Positions 1 through 17,190 of a stretch of DNA of 64,000 bases are shown here, in pieces. The stretch lies in NCBI GenBank assembly GCA_000004695.1, contig CM000155.2, positions 160,001 to 224,000 of the forward strand, in the 5' to 3' direction. Positions within the stretch are counted from its first letter, which is position 1. Each line of letters begins with the position of its first letter. Source of the DNA: Dictyostelium discoideum (lineage: Eukaryota). The translations under genes were made by a program, and so were the position numbers. The notes under the pieces were generated by a model. That model made no database searches. It saw only the letters and a program-made list of their open reading frames with translations, and was not told the DNA's origin.

Positions 1-342
1 ATTATTTTCCCCCATGTCATGACTAATTTTTGTTTTTAATTCTCTCTTTTTTTATTGCCAAATAGAGAAATTAATTTATTTTAAAAATTTGTTTTTTTTT
101 TGTCTCATTGTTTTTATTGCTATTTAATATTAATTATTTGGAATGAAGCCAATAATTAATTTTTAAAAAATGATAAATAAAATAAATAATTAAAAAATTG
201 TGTTTCCATATTTTTACCAAAAAAAAAAAAAAAAAAACTAATTTTATTAATTAAAAATTAAATAATTAAAAAATAAACCCACTAAACTCATGAAATAGGT
301 CGAAAAAAAAAATCACAATTTAAAATTAAAAAACATATAATA

Positions 343-2658
<2,316 letters not shown>

Positions 2659-2729
2659 ATAAAAATTATATAAATATAATCTGGTTTTTTTTTTTTTTTT
2701 CTTTTTTTTTTTTTATTATAATTATTAAA

Positions 2730-4249
<1,520 letters not shown>

Positions 4250-4926
4250 TTTTCTATTTATTATTTAACTAAAGAATTTGAAAAAAAAAAAATAAAAATA
4301 ATAAAAAAAAAAAATACTCTTTTATGTATTGATTTTAAATTTAATTTCTATTTATAGAATAAGTATGCGTGTGGGTGGGTTTATTTTAATTATGACATAT
4401 ATAAAATATATATATTTATTTATTAATGCACTTGCATAACTAAATACTAATTGCTTATTATTATTATTATAATTATTTGAAATATTTGTAAGTGGTAAAG
4501 TGAATAAAAAAAAAATAAAAAAGAAAAAATCATGACATTTTGAAAAATAATTAAAATTTTCTTTTTAAAAAAAAAAAAATTTAATTAAAAAAAAAATTAA
4601 ATAAAATAACACCCATGGTTTATGATTTTGTCCTAAATCAAATAACCCTCATGAAGTTCCCATTATTATATCAGTAAAAAATACGAACATAATTATTATT
4701 TTTTAAATAAAAAAAAAATAAAATAAAAATGGTTGGGTAAATATTTTTTTTTTTTTTTTTTTTTTATATTCTATTATATATATATATAATATCTTTTTAA
4801 TATATTCCTGTTTAAATAAAAAAAAAAAAAAAAAAAAAGGAAAAGTTAGAATTTTAAATTGCATAATTTTAGACAAGATTGAGAAAGAATTCTTATGATT
4901 ATTTTTAATTTTTTTTTTTAACTAAA

Positions 4927-4962
<36 letters not shown>

Positions 4963-5569
4963 CAACTCATTACTTTTGATTTTATCAATATTTGAAAATA
5001 TTAAATAAAAAAAAATAAAAAAAAATCAAATAAAAAAAGTAAATATAGAAAATAAATGACAATTATAGAAATTAAGTTACAGTGAACACAAAATATTAGA
5101 AAATGGAAATCTTATTCATTTAAAAATTACTTTTTTTAATTATTGTTGATTTATTTTTTTTTTTTTATATTTTTGTAAAAACAAATAAACATTAATGTGA
5201 TCAATATTTTTTTAAATAAAAAAAACCATTATAACTTTATTTTTTATTTTTTTATTTCGGGTACGTATGTAATTATTATTTTAAAAAAAAATATTAATAA
5301 AAAATACTTTTTTTTTTTTTTTTTTTCTCCAGATTGATTTAATATATTATTATTTGTTTTTTCGTTCGATTTAAACCTTCAAATAACCACCATTAACACA
5401 CTATCCAATATTAAAAATATCTAAATTTTTTATTTTAATCAATTACATTGAGATTTTGGTTAAGAAAAAAATAAAATTAAAAATAAAAAAATAAATATCA
5501 TATACTTTGTTAGTGTAAATTAACACATTAAAGTCGTTTTACAAATTATTATTCGCTATTGAAAAATTA

Positions 5570-6320
5570 AAACAAACCCACACACTCACAGAAACAAACT
5601 AAAAATTAAGAAAAAAACACTCAATCTCAAATAAAATTATCCTTAATATATATAAATATATATTAAATAATTAAAAAAACAGTATAGTAATAGTATTAGT
5701 ATTAGTTTTAAATTATTAAACAACTATTAGGAGGTGTCCAATTTATTATTATGGGTCAGATTGAGATAATGATTTTTAAATCACAATTTATATACTTAAA
5801 AAATAAAAAAATAAAAAAAAATTAAAAAAATAATAAATGATATCTATTAAAAAAGAAAAATTGTTAATCACACTTATAATAGTTTTTATATCACCCACAA
5901 CCTCCACATTATATTAACACCCCTAAACCAACCGAATAAAATGACAGATTCAATCAAAAAAATAAAACCCACACACACACTCACACTTACATACACTTTA
6001 AAAAAAAAAAAAAAAAACAAATTAAACCCACCTACACCTGTCACTTTAAATTAAACCAACTTCTTCTGTGTATTTATGGTTAAAATAATAAATGTAAATA
6101 TATATTATTATTATTTTTATTTTTATTATTATTTAAATAAAAAGATATTAAGAATAAAAAAAAAAAAAATTAAAAAATATTTAATTTATTTATATATTAA
6201 GTAAAATAATTTTTATTTTTTAAAAAAAAAGTGGGTTAGTGTATAATAATTTGATGAATGATTTTAAAATATAATTATTAAATTAAAAACACACACTCTC
6301 TCTCTCTCAATCACTCAGTC
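5570..6320. promoter_or_regulatory. cluster of CA-rich boxes (aaacccacacactcacag at about 5575; aaaacccacacacacactcacacttacatacac at about 5960; acacacactctctctctctcaatcactcagtc at about 6290) upstream of presenilin
   Basis: These are short C/A-rich islands in an otherwise more than 90% A+T divergent promoter region between the STK16-like gene (-) and presenilin (+). They resemble Dictyostelium CA-rich elements, the sites bound by G-box binding factor on the opposite strand. Confidence 0.3.
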
Positions 6321-6516
6321 AAAAATTAAAGATTTTATATAAATCAAATAATTCCAATTCGATCTAATCAAATAATGTGTGACAATAGATCATGAAATTA
6401 TTATTTTATTTTTTGTTTTTTATTTTTTTTTATTTGATTTTTTTTTTTTTTAATATTGTATAATATAAGCAACAACAAATAAAATCATAATAAAAATAAT
6501 TTTATTTGTTTTATTT

Positions 6517-6556
<40 letters not shown>

Positions 6557-6984
6557 ATTATTAACAAAATCATTTCCTTATTCAATTTTTTAAATTTTTT
6601 TTTCTTTTCTTTTTTTTTTTTTTTTTTTCCTTTTTATAATTTTTTAAGTAAATTTAACAAAAATAGTATTATTATTGACAAATATAAAATTTTTAATTTT
6701 TTAAAAATCACCTTAATACATTCTAAAATATATAAAAGGCAAAAATAATAAACATTCTTTTTTTTAAAAAAAAAAAATAAATAAATAAATAATAATAATA
6801 ATTTTAGTATAAAAAAGAGAATCTTAATAAAAAAAAAAAATAAATAAATAAAAATTACACATGATCATATACATAAAATAATATTTTTTTAATTACTAGT
6901 AAAGTAGTTATAAAAAACAAACTATCAATAATAAATAAAAATCAAATATTAAAAAAATAAATAATATAATTAAAAAAAAAAAAA

Positions 6985-7080
6985 ATGAAAGAAAATGAAG
7001 ATGAAATTAATAAAACCGATGAAAAATATAAAATTAAAAATCCAAGTAATAATGGTAATAATAAAAATAAAAACAATAAC

Positions 7081-7159
<79 letters not shown>

Positions 7160-8357
7160 GTAATAGTAATTTAGAAAATATAGAAGGTTTAAATAAATAT
7201 AATATATATAAAAAGAAAAAAGGTAAAAATGAAAGTAATACAAGTTTAAATAATATATATATAAGTTCACCAAATTTATCAGAAAGAAGTGATAATTCAA
7301 TTGGAAGCTATTGTACAAATAAAACCATGAAATCCGAAAACTCGATTATTAATATAGAAACATTATTCAGAGATAGTGTTAGTGAACAAAATAGTGACGA
7401 ATGTGGTAGTAAAGTTGATAAAGATTTGGATGAAGATGATGATGATGACGATGATGAAACCGAAGTCCCAGAACTTGTAGATTACTCTGAAATGATTGTT
7501 AGTATACTATACCCTGTTTGTATAACAATGGTTATTGTTGTATTAGCGATAAGAGCAATTTCATCATCGTATGTACATAAACATAATAAAAAAAAATAAA
7601 AAAATAAAAAAATAAAAATGTTTTGTATTAATTAGTTTTATTTTAAATTTAAATTTTTTAATACAAAAGAACATCAAAAAATTCACAAATAGTTGAAATA
7701 TCAAATGATAATAGTGGTGGTAATGGTGATTCAAGTAGTGGTGCAGATAAAATGGTTTTTGATTCGGTAGTAAACTCATTAATATTTTTAGCAGTAATTA
7801 TACTCAGTACAACAATTATGGTTGTTTTATATAAATTCAAATTAATGAAAGCATTATATGCATGGTTAATGGGTACTTCAATCTTATTATTGGGTGTTTT
7901 TGGTGGTTTTTTATTTTTGTAAGTATTTATTTTTATATATTCAAATATATAATTTTAATAATATATATATATATTAACTATTTAAAAAAAAATTATTAGA
8001 ATTTTATTAGCCTATTTAAATTTGGGACTTGATTATGTTACATTTGTAATTGTAGTTTGGAATTTTAGTGTCGGTGGTATTGTTTGTATATTTTGGTATT
8101 CACCAAAACTTTTAAATCAAGGTTATCTAATTAGTATTAGTGTTTTGATGGCATTGTTTTTCTCGAGACTACCAGATTGGACAACATGGGGTATACTTTC
8201 AATTGTATCGATTTATGATATTTTTGCCGTTTTATGTCCTGGTGGACCTTTGAGAATTTTAATTGAAACTGCCCAAAAAAGAAATGAAAATATTCCTGCA
8301 ATGATTTATAATGCAAGTATTTACATTGGTATGATTTATAATGAAGATAATTTGGAA

Positions 8358-8388
<31 letters not shown>

Positions 8389-9109
8389 TTGAACTAAATA
8401 TTAATGAAGTTGATATTGAAAACAATAATAATAATGAAGATGAGAATAAAAATAATACTGAAGATGGGAATAATAATAATAATAAAAATAAAAATAATAA
8501 TAATAATAATAATAATAGAATTGAAAATGAAAATGGTGCAGAAAATTCATCTGAAAATGGTTCAATTACTCCACCACCTACAATTCCAAATTTTATTAAA
8601 GATGAAAAAGAAATAAATCGATCATCTGGATCAAATGGATTTCCAAATTTTAAAAAATGTGCAAATGATAATATTTTAATTGGGGATGCTGAAACAAACG
8701 ACGAAATAGTTTCAAATGCTGAATCAAGTATTGACTCTACTATTAGTGAATCATATGTAAAACCAAAACAATCAATTAGACTTGGGTTAGGTGATTTCGT
8801 TTTTTATAGTGTTTTAATTGGTAAAGCTGCATCTTATCAAATTACTACTGTTTTTACTGTTTTTATTGCAATTATTACTGTATGTATACAAAATTTCATA
8901 AAAATAATTCCATTTTAATTAATTTATTAATTAATTCAAATATTTTATTATAGGGTTTATTTTTAACTTTGATACTTTTGGCAGTTTTTAGAAGAGCATT
9001 ACCAGCATTACCAATGAGTATAATATTTGGAATTATTGTTTTCTTTTTAACATTTAAAATATTAATTCAGTACATTTACTTTTTGGGTGAAAATCAAATA
9101 TTTGTATAG
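6985..9109 (+). CDS. presenilin (gamma-secretase catalytic subunit), four exons
   Basis: Exons are about 6985..7568, 7670..7918, 8000..8879 and 8954..9109. Donor sites are GTATGT at 7569, GTAAGT at 7919 and GTATGT at 8880; acceptors are aaaag, tattag and ttatag. Conserved blocks are present: LYPVCITMVIVVL (TM1); MVVLYKFKLMKALYAWL; YLNLGLDYVTFVIVVWNF; the catalytic YD in SIYDIFAVLCPGGPLRILIETAQKRNE; the second catalytic GLGDFVFYSVLIGKA; and the PAL motif RALPALPMSIIFGI. A long Asn-rich hydrophilic loop sits between TM6 and TM7. Dictyostelium has two presenilins (psenA and psenB); I cannot tell which this is. Confidence 0.85.
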
Positions 9110-9182
9110 GTTTTTTTTTTTTTTTTATTAATTTTTTTTCTTTTTTTAAATCTCAAAATTAAAAATAAAGAAAATATTAGAA

Positions 9183-9216
<34 letters not shown>

Positions 9217-9468
9217 TAGAAAGTATTTTAATAAAAAAAAAAAAAAAAAAAAAAAACATTATTAATGTACAAATACTTATTACAAGATTTAAACAAATAT
9301 TGATGATGATTATTTGTAAAAAAGCAATCACCTTTTAAATATAATAAATTCTTTTTCTTGTAATTTTAAAAAAAAAAAAAAAAAAAAAACAAGACCAAAG
9401 TTTTTTTTTTAAAATTTATTTAATAATTATTTTATTACAATTTTAATGATATATATAGAATTGTTTTT

Positions 9469-12239
9469 TTATTGTTGAGGCTCCGCATTTGTACAACCTA
9501 ATGAAGTTGGTATTATATCTTGTAAATTTGTTAAATCAATTTGAGATCCATTAGTGATTGGTGAAGATTTTACATCTGGAGATTTACTATTATTATTATT
9601 GTTAACATTTATGGAATCCTGTTCTTTTGAAATATTAATATTTGAATCTTGATTTTGAATTGGATCAATGAAATTCTCTTTTGGTTTAATTGTATATTCC
9701 TCTTTATTAATATTTTCAAAAGCAGAGATCATACCTTTTTCATATTTATTTGGCATATGATCAGTAAACATTGTTGTGGAAACTATGATTTTATCATAAC
9801 TTTTTTGTTGAGTTGATTCAGCTACATAGATGCCTTTTGAAAGTTTAACTAAACGATAAACATCACCAGGTGGGTATAGAGATTGTTCACCAGAGTCTGA
9901 ATGTTCAACATTTGATAATTCGATAGTTGGTGAAACTTTTAAGATTTTACTAAACTTTTTAGTCAATTTATCACCTAAATTATTACCAGCTGAAAATATT
10001 TGAAAAACTTTCTGAGCTTTAGTTTTACTTTGGAGAAGAATTGAATCGATTACCTCTCTGAGGTAAAACAACGAATTGAATGATAATCTTGGAATTATAT
10101 CATCATTCATACAGAAGGTTGTTATTAGTGATTTTATCTTTGGATGTTGTGCAACCTCCAATGATAATATGCTCGGTACACCGTAGGCAAAACAATGAAC
10201 TGGGATCTCTGGATGTATATCATTGAATAGAATTGTAAATAATGATGCAACACCTGCGCCTAATGAATGACCGGTCACAATTAACTTGTACCCTTTACAA
10301 AGCTCCAATGTTTTCTTTATCAGAATAAACATTTCCTTCATTTTCATATGTGCACATAATAAAATACCCAAATGAGCTGCTCCCTCTTTATAAATATACG
10401 ATTTTGCAACCAAATCTGTTATAACATCGAAATAATTAAATGTACCACGTAAAACGAATACAACTGCTTTCTTTTCATGATCCAATGCTAAATAATGACC
10501 TGGACTGTATCTTGAACTAAACCATTTCGATGTTATAATATCCTCTTTCTTTACACCACAATGTTTTGAAATTATCTTTAAATTTGTATTATCAGTACTA
10601 ACAACACTTTTTAATAATTTCATAATACCACTACTCATAATTCCATAATATAATTTTCTACCATATGCTGCAGTACTAAATCTACAATATCTTAAACCAT
10701 CTTCTAATTTTTCTTTATCACTCATACAATCCCAATTTCTAATTACAATTTCTTTATAATAACCTTTATTTTAAATAAATAAAATAAATTAATATGTCAT
10801 GGACGGATTATATATTATTATTTTTATTATTATTATTATTACTTACTATTTAATAATACTAAACCCATAAATAAATCAATTTTACTATATTTCTTTTTCA
10901 TAAATAATTTATTTAATAATTCAGTTATAACTTTCATTGATTTACTAGCTTGTTCAGATAAATTTTTACCTTCTTCAACTAAAGATTTATGATGAGGGTC
11001 ATCATCAGCCAAATCTTCTAAATTTAATTCCTCTGGTATATCATTTAAAGTTGTAATATTATTTGTTAAATTATTTTTCTTTTTCTTTGAAGATTTCTTT
11101 CTATTGGAATGTCTTGATTGAATTTGACGATCAACCAATCTACATGCAATTGGACTATCATTTAGATTTACTTCAGCAACAACTAATTTTGTAGGTTTTG
11201 GTGAAGAAATTTCATCAGATGATTCATCAGAAGAGGAGCCGCTACTACTATATTGATAATAATTATCTTTTGCTTTTAATAGGTCCTTGTCTCTTGGTTT
11301 CTCTGGTACTAATGTTGGTGTTAATTCTGGTGGATTTTCAGTTTCTTTACTTCTAAATAATAAATTTGCTTCTTTTCCCTTAACTTTAATTTTCTCTGAT
11401 TCTAATTGACTATCATCACTTCCACTACCATTTTCTTGATTATTATTATTATTATTACTATCATTTTTATCAATTTTATTTTTATCATGTTTATGACTTG
11501 AAAAAATTGAATATCTTCTTGACTTTTTTGGTTTTTTAGTTGAATTATCTTCTGTTTTTCCGTTTGTTGCAGTTGTTGTAGTTGTTGTAGTTGTTGTTGT
11601 AGTTGGGCTTTTAGATACATCAGTTGACTTTGTTGATTTTTCTAAAGGAATTGTTGCAGTTGAAGTGGCAGCAGATGTAGTTGTTTTATTTTTATTTGAA
11701 GTTGAAGGACCTTCATCCTCTGAAGTACTTGGAGAAATAAAACCATCTTCATCATCAATTAAATGATTTTCTGCACCACTCTTTGCCAATTCCATTGAAA
11801 CATTGAATGTTTCTGATAGTTCTCTTTGAAGATCTTTTGAAATTGAAACTAATGGATTGATTGTTTTTCTATAATCATAATTGTCTACTTGGTTATGGTT
11901 ATGGTTATGTCTGTAATAGTTGTTGTTGTTGATACCGTTATTATTATGAACTTTACAATTACGATCATATGTACAATTAATTTGTTTATCATTTAACACT
12001 ATATTATGAGTGTATTTATTAATATTTAAATTGTTATTGTTATTGTTATTGGATAAAACACTGGCTGTAGTAGTGGTAGTATTACTAGAAAAATGATAAT
12101 TACAATTATGGAAATGAAAACCATCATTAAATCTCTCGGTAATTGTCAATAATTGTTCTTTAACCACCGTTGATGAAATAACCCATTCTTTTTCATTTTC
12201 AACTATTTCCATTTCAAGTGGGTGCTCATTAATATTTTC

Positions 12240-12270
<31 letters not shown>

Positions 12271-12288
12271 CAATTATTATTATTACTA

Positions 12289-12356
<68 letters not shown>

Positions 12357-12368
12357 ATTACATTCCAT
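9469..12368 (-). CDS. lipase class 3 (sn-1 diacylglycerol-lipase-like) protein with a long low-complexity N-terminal extension, two exons
   Basis: 3' exon is about 9469..10751; 5' exon is about 10847..12368. The ORF 10839..12368 ends ...KIDLFMGLVLLN followed by GTAAGT, phase 1. An acceptor ataaag is followed by AA ATT GTA ATT AGA AAT TGG GAT TGT ATG AGT, giving ...LLN-K-IVIRNWDCMSDKEKLEDGLRYCRF... The 3' exon carries the Lipase_3 fold: AVVFVLRGTFNYFDVITDL...KLIVTGHSLGAGVASLF (GXSXG nucleophile elbow)...CMNDDIIPRLS. Confidence 0.65.
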
Positions 12369-12958
12369 TTTTATTTTTTTTTTTTTTTTAATTATTATTA
12401 TTATTATTATTATTATTTTTATTATATTTGAATGATAATTCAGATTTTTAATTATTACTTTATGTATAATATTTTTATTAATAAATTCTATTTATAATTA
12501 ATATATTTTTTTTTTTTTTTTTAATGTTACAAATTTTATTTATAATTTATTGATTTCATTTATTGGCAAAAAAAAAGAAAAAATAAAAATAAAAATAAAA
12601 ATAATTAAATATCTTTATGATATTTAAATTTTATTATATTTATTAAATTATTATTAAATTACTATTAAATTATTATTAAATTATTATATTTATTATATTA
12701 TTATATTTATTTAATTATAATATTTATTTAATTATAATATTTATTTAATTTTTGTATAGATTCCTTTTTTTTTTTTTTTTTTTTTAGATAAATTATTTTT
12801 ATCTTAATTTGTCTTTTATTTTAAGGGTGGTGTGGTTAAAATAAGGAATTTTTTTAAATAAAAAAAAATTATCAAAAAAAAAAAAAATAAAAATAAAAAT
12901 AAAATAATTTGTTTAACAGTTAACTAACTAAAAATAGTGGTTGTGGTGGTTAAAGTAC

Positions 12959-13015
<57 letters not shown>

Positions 13016-13073
13016 GTTATTGTAATTACAATAATAATAAAATAATAAAAGCTTTATTTAGAAAGAGTTTTAC

Positions 13074-13118
<45 letters not shown>

Positions 13119-13227
13119 TTAAATTTTTATTTTATTTTATTTTATTTATTTCGAACCACACCAGTCATAACAAAATCTAGATAATTGTATAAAAAAAAAA
13201 AAAAAAAAATATATATTGAGAAGTTGT

Positions 13228-13262
<35 letters not shown>

Positions 13263-13294
13263 GAAAAACAAAAAAAAATTTATAAACCATAAAG

Positions 13295-13328
<34 letters not shown>

Positions 13329-13620
13329 TGGTTACAACACTGGTTCTAAAAAAATTTGTAATGATTATGCATGACCCCAACTAATCTCATTAAAATGGCG
13401 TTCTTATCCAAAAAAAAAAAAAAAAAAAAAATTTTATTTTTCAACTAAAATTTTTAAACAAATTTATAAAAAAAATCGGTTGGGAAATCGATTTGCACCC
13501 CAAAAAAATAAAAAATTAAATAAAATTAAAATTAAAAAAAAATAAAAAAAAAACCCAACTTTGTGTCGACCAAATGATCATTTTTAATTTTACAAAAGTT
13601 GCCATAGCGGTGTTGACACC

Positions 13621-13633
13621 TTATTTATTGATA

Positions 13634-13664
<31 letters not shown>

Positions 13665-16169
13665 TATCCTCGGATGGTTTTAAAAAAAATTCCCCAAATT
13701 CTTCTTCATTCTTTTTATTTGCTTTTGCTAAAACATCTTTACTAACATTAATTTCAGCTTCACTTCTTGAAGCAGCTGTTTGTGAAGAACCAACTCTTGG
13801 GAAATTATCACCACCAGTATAAACAATACCAAGTTGTGGATGATTTGATGGAGCGACATCTTTGAAACCAGTGGCATGAGCAGAGAATGATCTACCAACT
13901 GATTGATTATTGTAATCTTTATTTGTGTAACCTCTAGTTGACTCTGCTTCTGTGGTATTACCATTTGATCTTCCCATTGAATCCATTGAGGTACCAATTG
14001 AATCCATTGAATGTTGTTGACCAGATAAAATCATCCAAACCTTTGGTAAGAAAAGTACTGATACTGTAACTGTAAATCCAAGTAAAATTGCAATTGTTTG
14101 AATTACAATAATTGCAATTGGATTATCTCTTAAAATAAAACCAAGTGCAATTGCAACAACCATAACAAATGTTAAATTATATAACTATAAAATTAAAAAT
14201 AAATAAAATGTTAATCATAAATATTTATAGAGAGAGAGAGAGAAAAAAAAAAAAAAAAAAAATATTTTTTTTAAAAACTTACAGCTAAAGTAATTGGTTT
14301 TGATTCATTTAAAGAATCAACAACATTTCTTGTTTTAAAAGCTAAAAATACACCAAAAAGAATGTAAAATACTTTATAGAAAACGAAAACATACCACCAA
14401 GCTTCAGAATCTGAAGTACATTGAAGTTGAGCTTCACCAGCTTTAAAGATTGGTTCAGCCAATGGAATTGGTCTATCGACTGCAGTCCAAATGATCATGA
14501 AAATACTTTCGAGTAATACGAAACCACCTACAAGAGTGATAATGAATTTATTGGTGATACGAATGATTTTGAATTTTCTAGCATTTGAGAAAAGTCTCCA
14601 AGTTCTCCAAGTTTTGGTGAAGAGTGTACCAAAGACAATAACGTAACCTAAACCTAATAACCAAGGGAAACCAGAACATAATGGAGTGGTTGGAGTTGGT
14701 AATAGGGTGAAAACTGATGCCAAACCCATAAGAGCACCAATGATAATAAACATACAAAAGAGTGGTGATGAGTAACGGAATTTTCTCCATTGTAAAGCAA
14801 TGACCGAACCAATACCAATAACGATTAAAACACAAACACCAGTGATAACACCTAGGACAATATTTAAGGTTCTATCGAAAACAACCACTTGATAATCTGA
14901 TGGAACTTTATAGGTTGGTCCAGAGTAAAGAATATCGCTTTTAAGAGTGATTTCACCTGAATCTGGATTAATTTTACCAATTGGATCGAATGAACCTTTG
15001 GTTGAATTGATAAGATTTAAAAGTGCAAATTCACCATACAATCTATCACCTGTATTTTTATCGAAAGCAATGGTACCAGTGATACCATTAAATTTAAGAT
15101 TACGAAGTTCAGTTCTAACTTGTTCACCATCCCATGGATCACCACCTTTTGCTAAAACCGCTTCAATTCCCATTAACATTGCATAGGTGGCATCATATGA
15201 AAATGATGCACCCTTATAGAAAGCATCACCGGTGTTGTTGTTATAATCGTTGACAATGGTTCTCTCAAAGTCAGTATAGGCTTCAGTACCTAAACCATAA
15301 CTTGGGAAAGTTGCTAAAACACCAAGTAAATCTGGATCTGTTCCACCTGTTAACTCTGCGCAACCATCGGTTACAATCCATGTGAAACCTTCACCCAAGA
15401 AACCTCTTGCTTTTGCTTGTTTCCAAATTTCAAGACAATCTGGTGGGAAGAGAGCATACAATACAATCACTCTGGATTTGGCAGCTTCTAAATTGTCAAA
15501 TACAATATCATAATATAGTTGTTCTGGTGCAATGCCATTATCAACTGGATCGATAGCTTGATTGGTATTAACTGTGATACCTTGTGCATTTGATTGTTGA
15601 ACCAATTGATCAGCACCACCATTACCATAATCTTCATTGGTATGAATACATGAAACACGAGTCCAACCATTCTTTTTCAATAATGATAGAATTGCTTGTA
15701 CTTGTAAACGATCGTCTGGCATAACACGTTGGAAATATGGATAGGATCCACTATTTGAAAGACTTGCACCTGTAGCATAAAAACTTATACTTGGAACTGC
15801 AAATGCTCCAAATACTAAACATGCAGTTGATGATGAACCTGAATACGCTGGACCAACAATACCATTGACTGGCATTGTCACTAAATCCAAGGAATCAATA
15901 ACATCATTTGTATCAGTAAATGTATGCAATTTAATGGTTTTTGAATATTTGGTTTTAAAGGTTTCATTGAATTTACTAAGTGCATATTCTGCTGCACCAC
16001 TGTATTGGGTATATTCTGGGTCGAAATATGGTGACATAAATGCTATTACCAATTCATCTGGCTTAGCTGGGTTTGGTTTAACAACTTCTGAATTAATTTT
16101 TGAAATAAATAAACTAAAAATTACCAAAATTACCACATTTTTTAAAATATTTCCAATTTTGATTTTCAT
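13621..16169 (-). CDS. family-3 (metabotropic glutamate/GABA-B-like) G-protein-coupled receptor, Grl family, two exons
   Basis: The 5' exon is about 14283..16169: signal peptide MKIKIGNILKNVVILVIFSLFISKINS, a periplasmic-binding-protein/ANF-receptor-like ectodomain, then TM1-5. A GTAAGT donor follows ...KPITLA. The 3' exon is about 13621..14184 after the acceptor ttttatag (LYNLTFVMVVAIALGFIL...), giving TM6-7 and a cytoplasmic tail. Confidence 0.8.
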
Positions 16170-17190
16170 TTTCCAATTTTATTTTTTTTTTTTTTTTCAA
16201 AAAACACAATTATTTTTTTTAATAAATTTTAAAAAAATAAAAAAAATATGTGTTTTTCGTAATAATATTACAGTTTATGCTTTTGTTTATTTATTGTAAA
16301 TAAAAAAAAAAAAAAAAGACCAAGTAGGCAGGTGGGTAGAAAAACAAAAATAAAAATAAAAAAAAAAAATAAAAAAAAAAATAAAAATAAAAATAAATAA
16401 AAAATAAAAATAAAAAAAAGTCGTTAAAAAACGGAAGGTTTGAGGTGAATAAATATCTTTTTCCCACCCTAAAAACAGATTACATTGGAAAAGAAACAAA
16501 ATATCAAAAAAAAAAATGACTTTTTTTTTTTTTTTTTGATATTTTTTCATTTTTTTTTTATTATAATAAAAATAATAATATTTTTTGATCAGGTTTCAGT
16601 CAAAAAAAAAAAAAAAAAATTTTGCCAAAATTATATTTTTTTTTTTTTTGTGTTGTTTTGGTGGAATTTGTTGTGTGAAAAAAAAAAAAAAAAAAAAAAA
16701 ATCTGGTTTTGAAAATTTTTTAGATATTTAAATTTTGGGGGGAGTTGTTTATAATAATATCAAATAATTGGTTCTATAAAAAAAAAAAAATAAAATAATA
16801 CATATATAACATTTCAAACTAATTTTGGAATATTTTTTCTATTTTTTTTTGATATTTCTAATATATTTCATACTTGAACCTATTTTTTTTAAATTTTTTT
16901 TTTTTTTTTTTTTCATATCTTATGTTTCCAATCGATTTTAAAAAGTAAATCTTGGAAAAATTAAATATAAGCAAAGGTTTAAACTTAATAAGAAATTTCT
17001 TTTTCACTTGCGGGTGATGAGTTTTTTTTTTTTTTTTTTTAATATCTAATTTTTTTTTTTTTTTATTTTTTTATTATTTTTTTTTTTTTTTTTTTTTTTT
17101 TTTATTATTTAAATAACTATTTTGATTATTATTTATTGTTTATTATTATTATTTTTTATTTTTATTTTTTTTTATTTTTATTTTTATTTT

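Noticed and set aside
7658-7840. Minus-strand ORF overlapping presenilin exon 2
   Set aside because: It is antisense to the conserved TM2-TM3 coding block.
13300-13640. GC-containing islands (gttacaacactggttc; cggttgggaaatcgatttgcacccc; cccaactttgtgtcgaccaaatgatc...gccatagcggtgttgacacc) examined as a possible tRNA gene or transposon terminus
   Set aside because: No cloverleaf can be drawn, and there are no A/B box spacing, terminal inverted repeats or target-site duplications. This is most likely unremarkable 3'-flank sequence of the GPCR gene.
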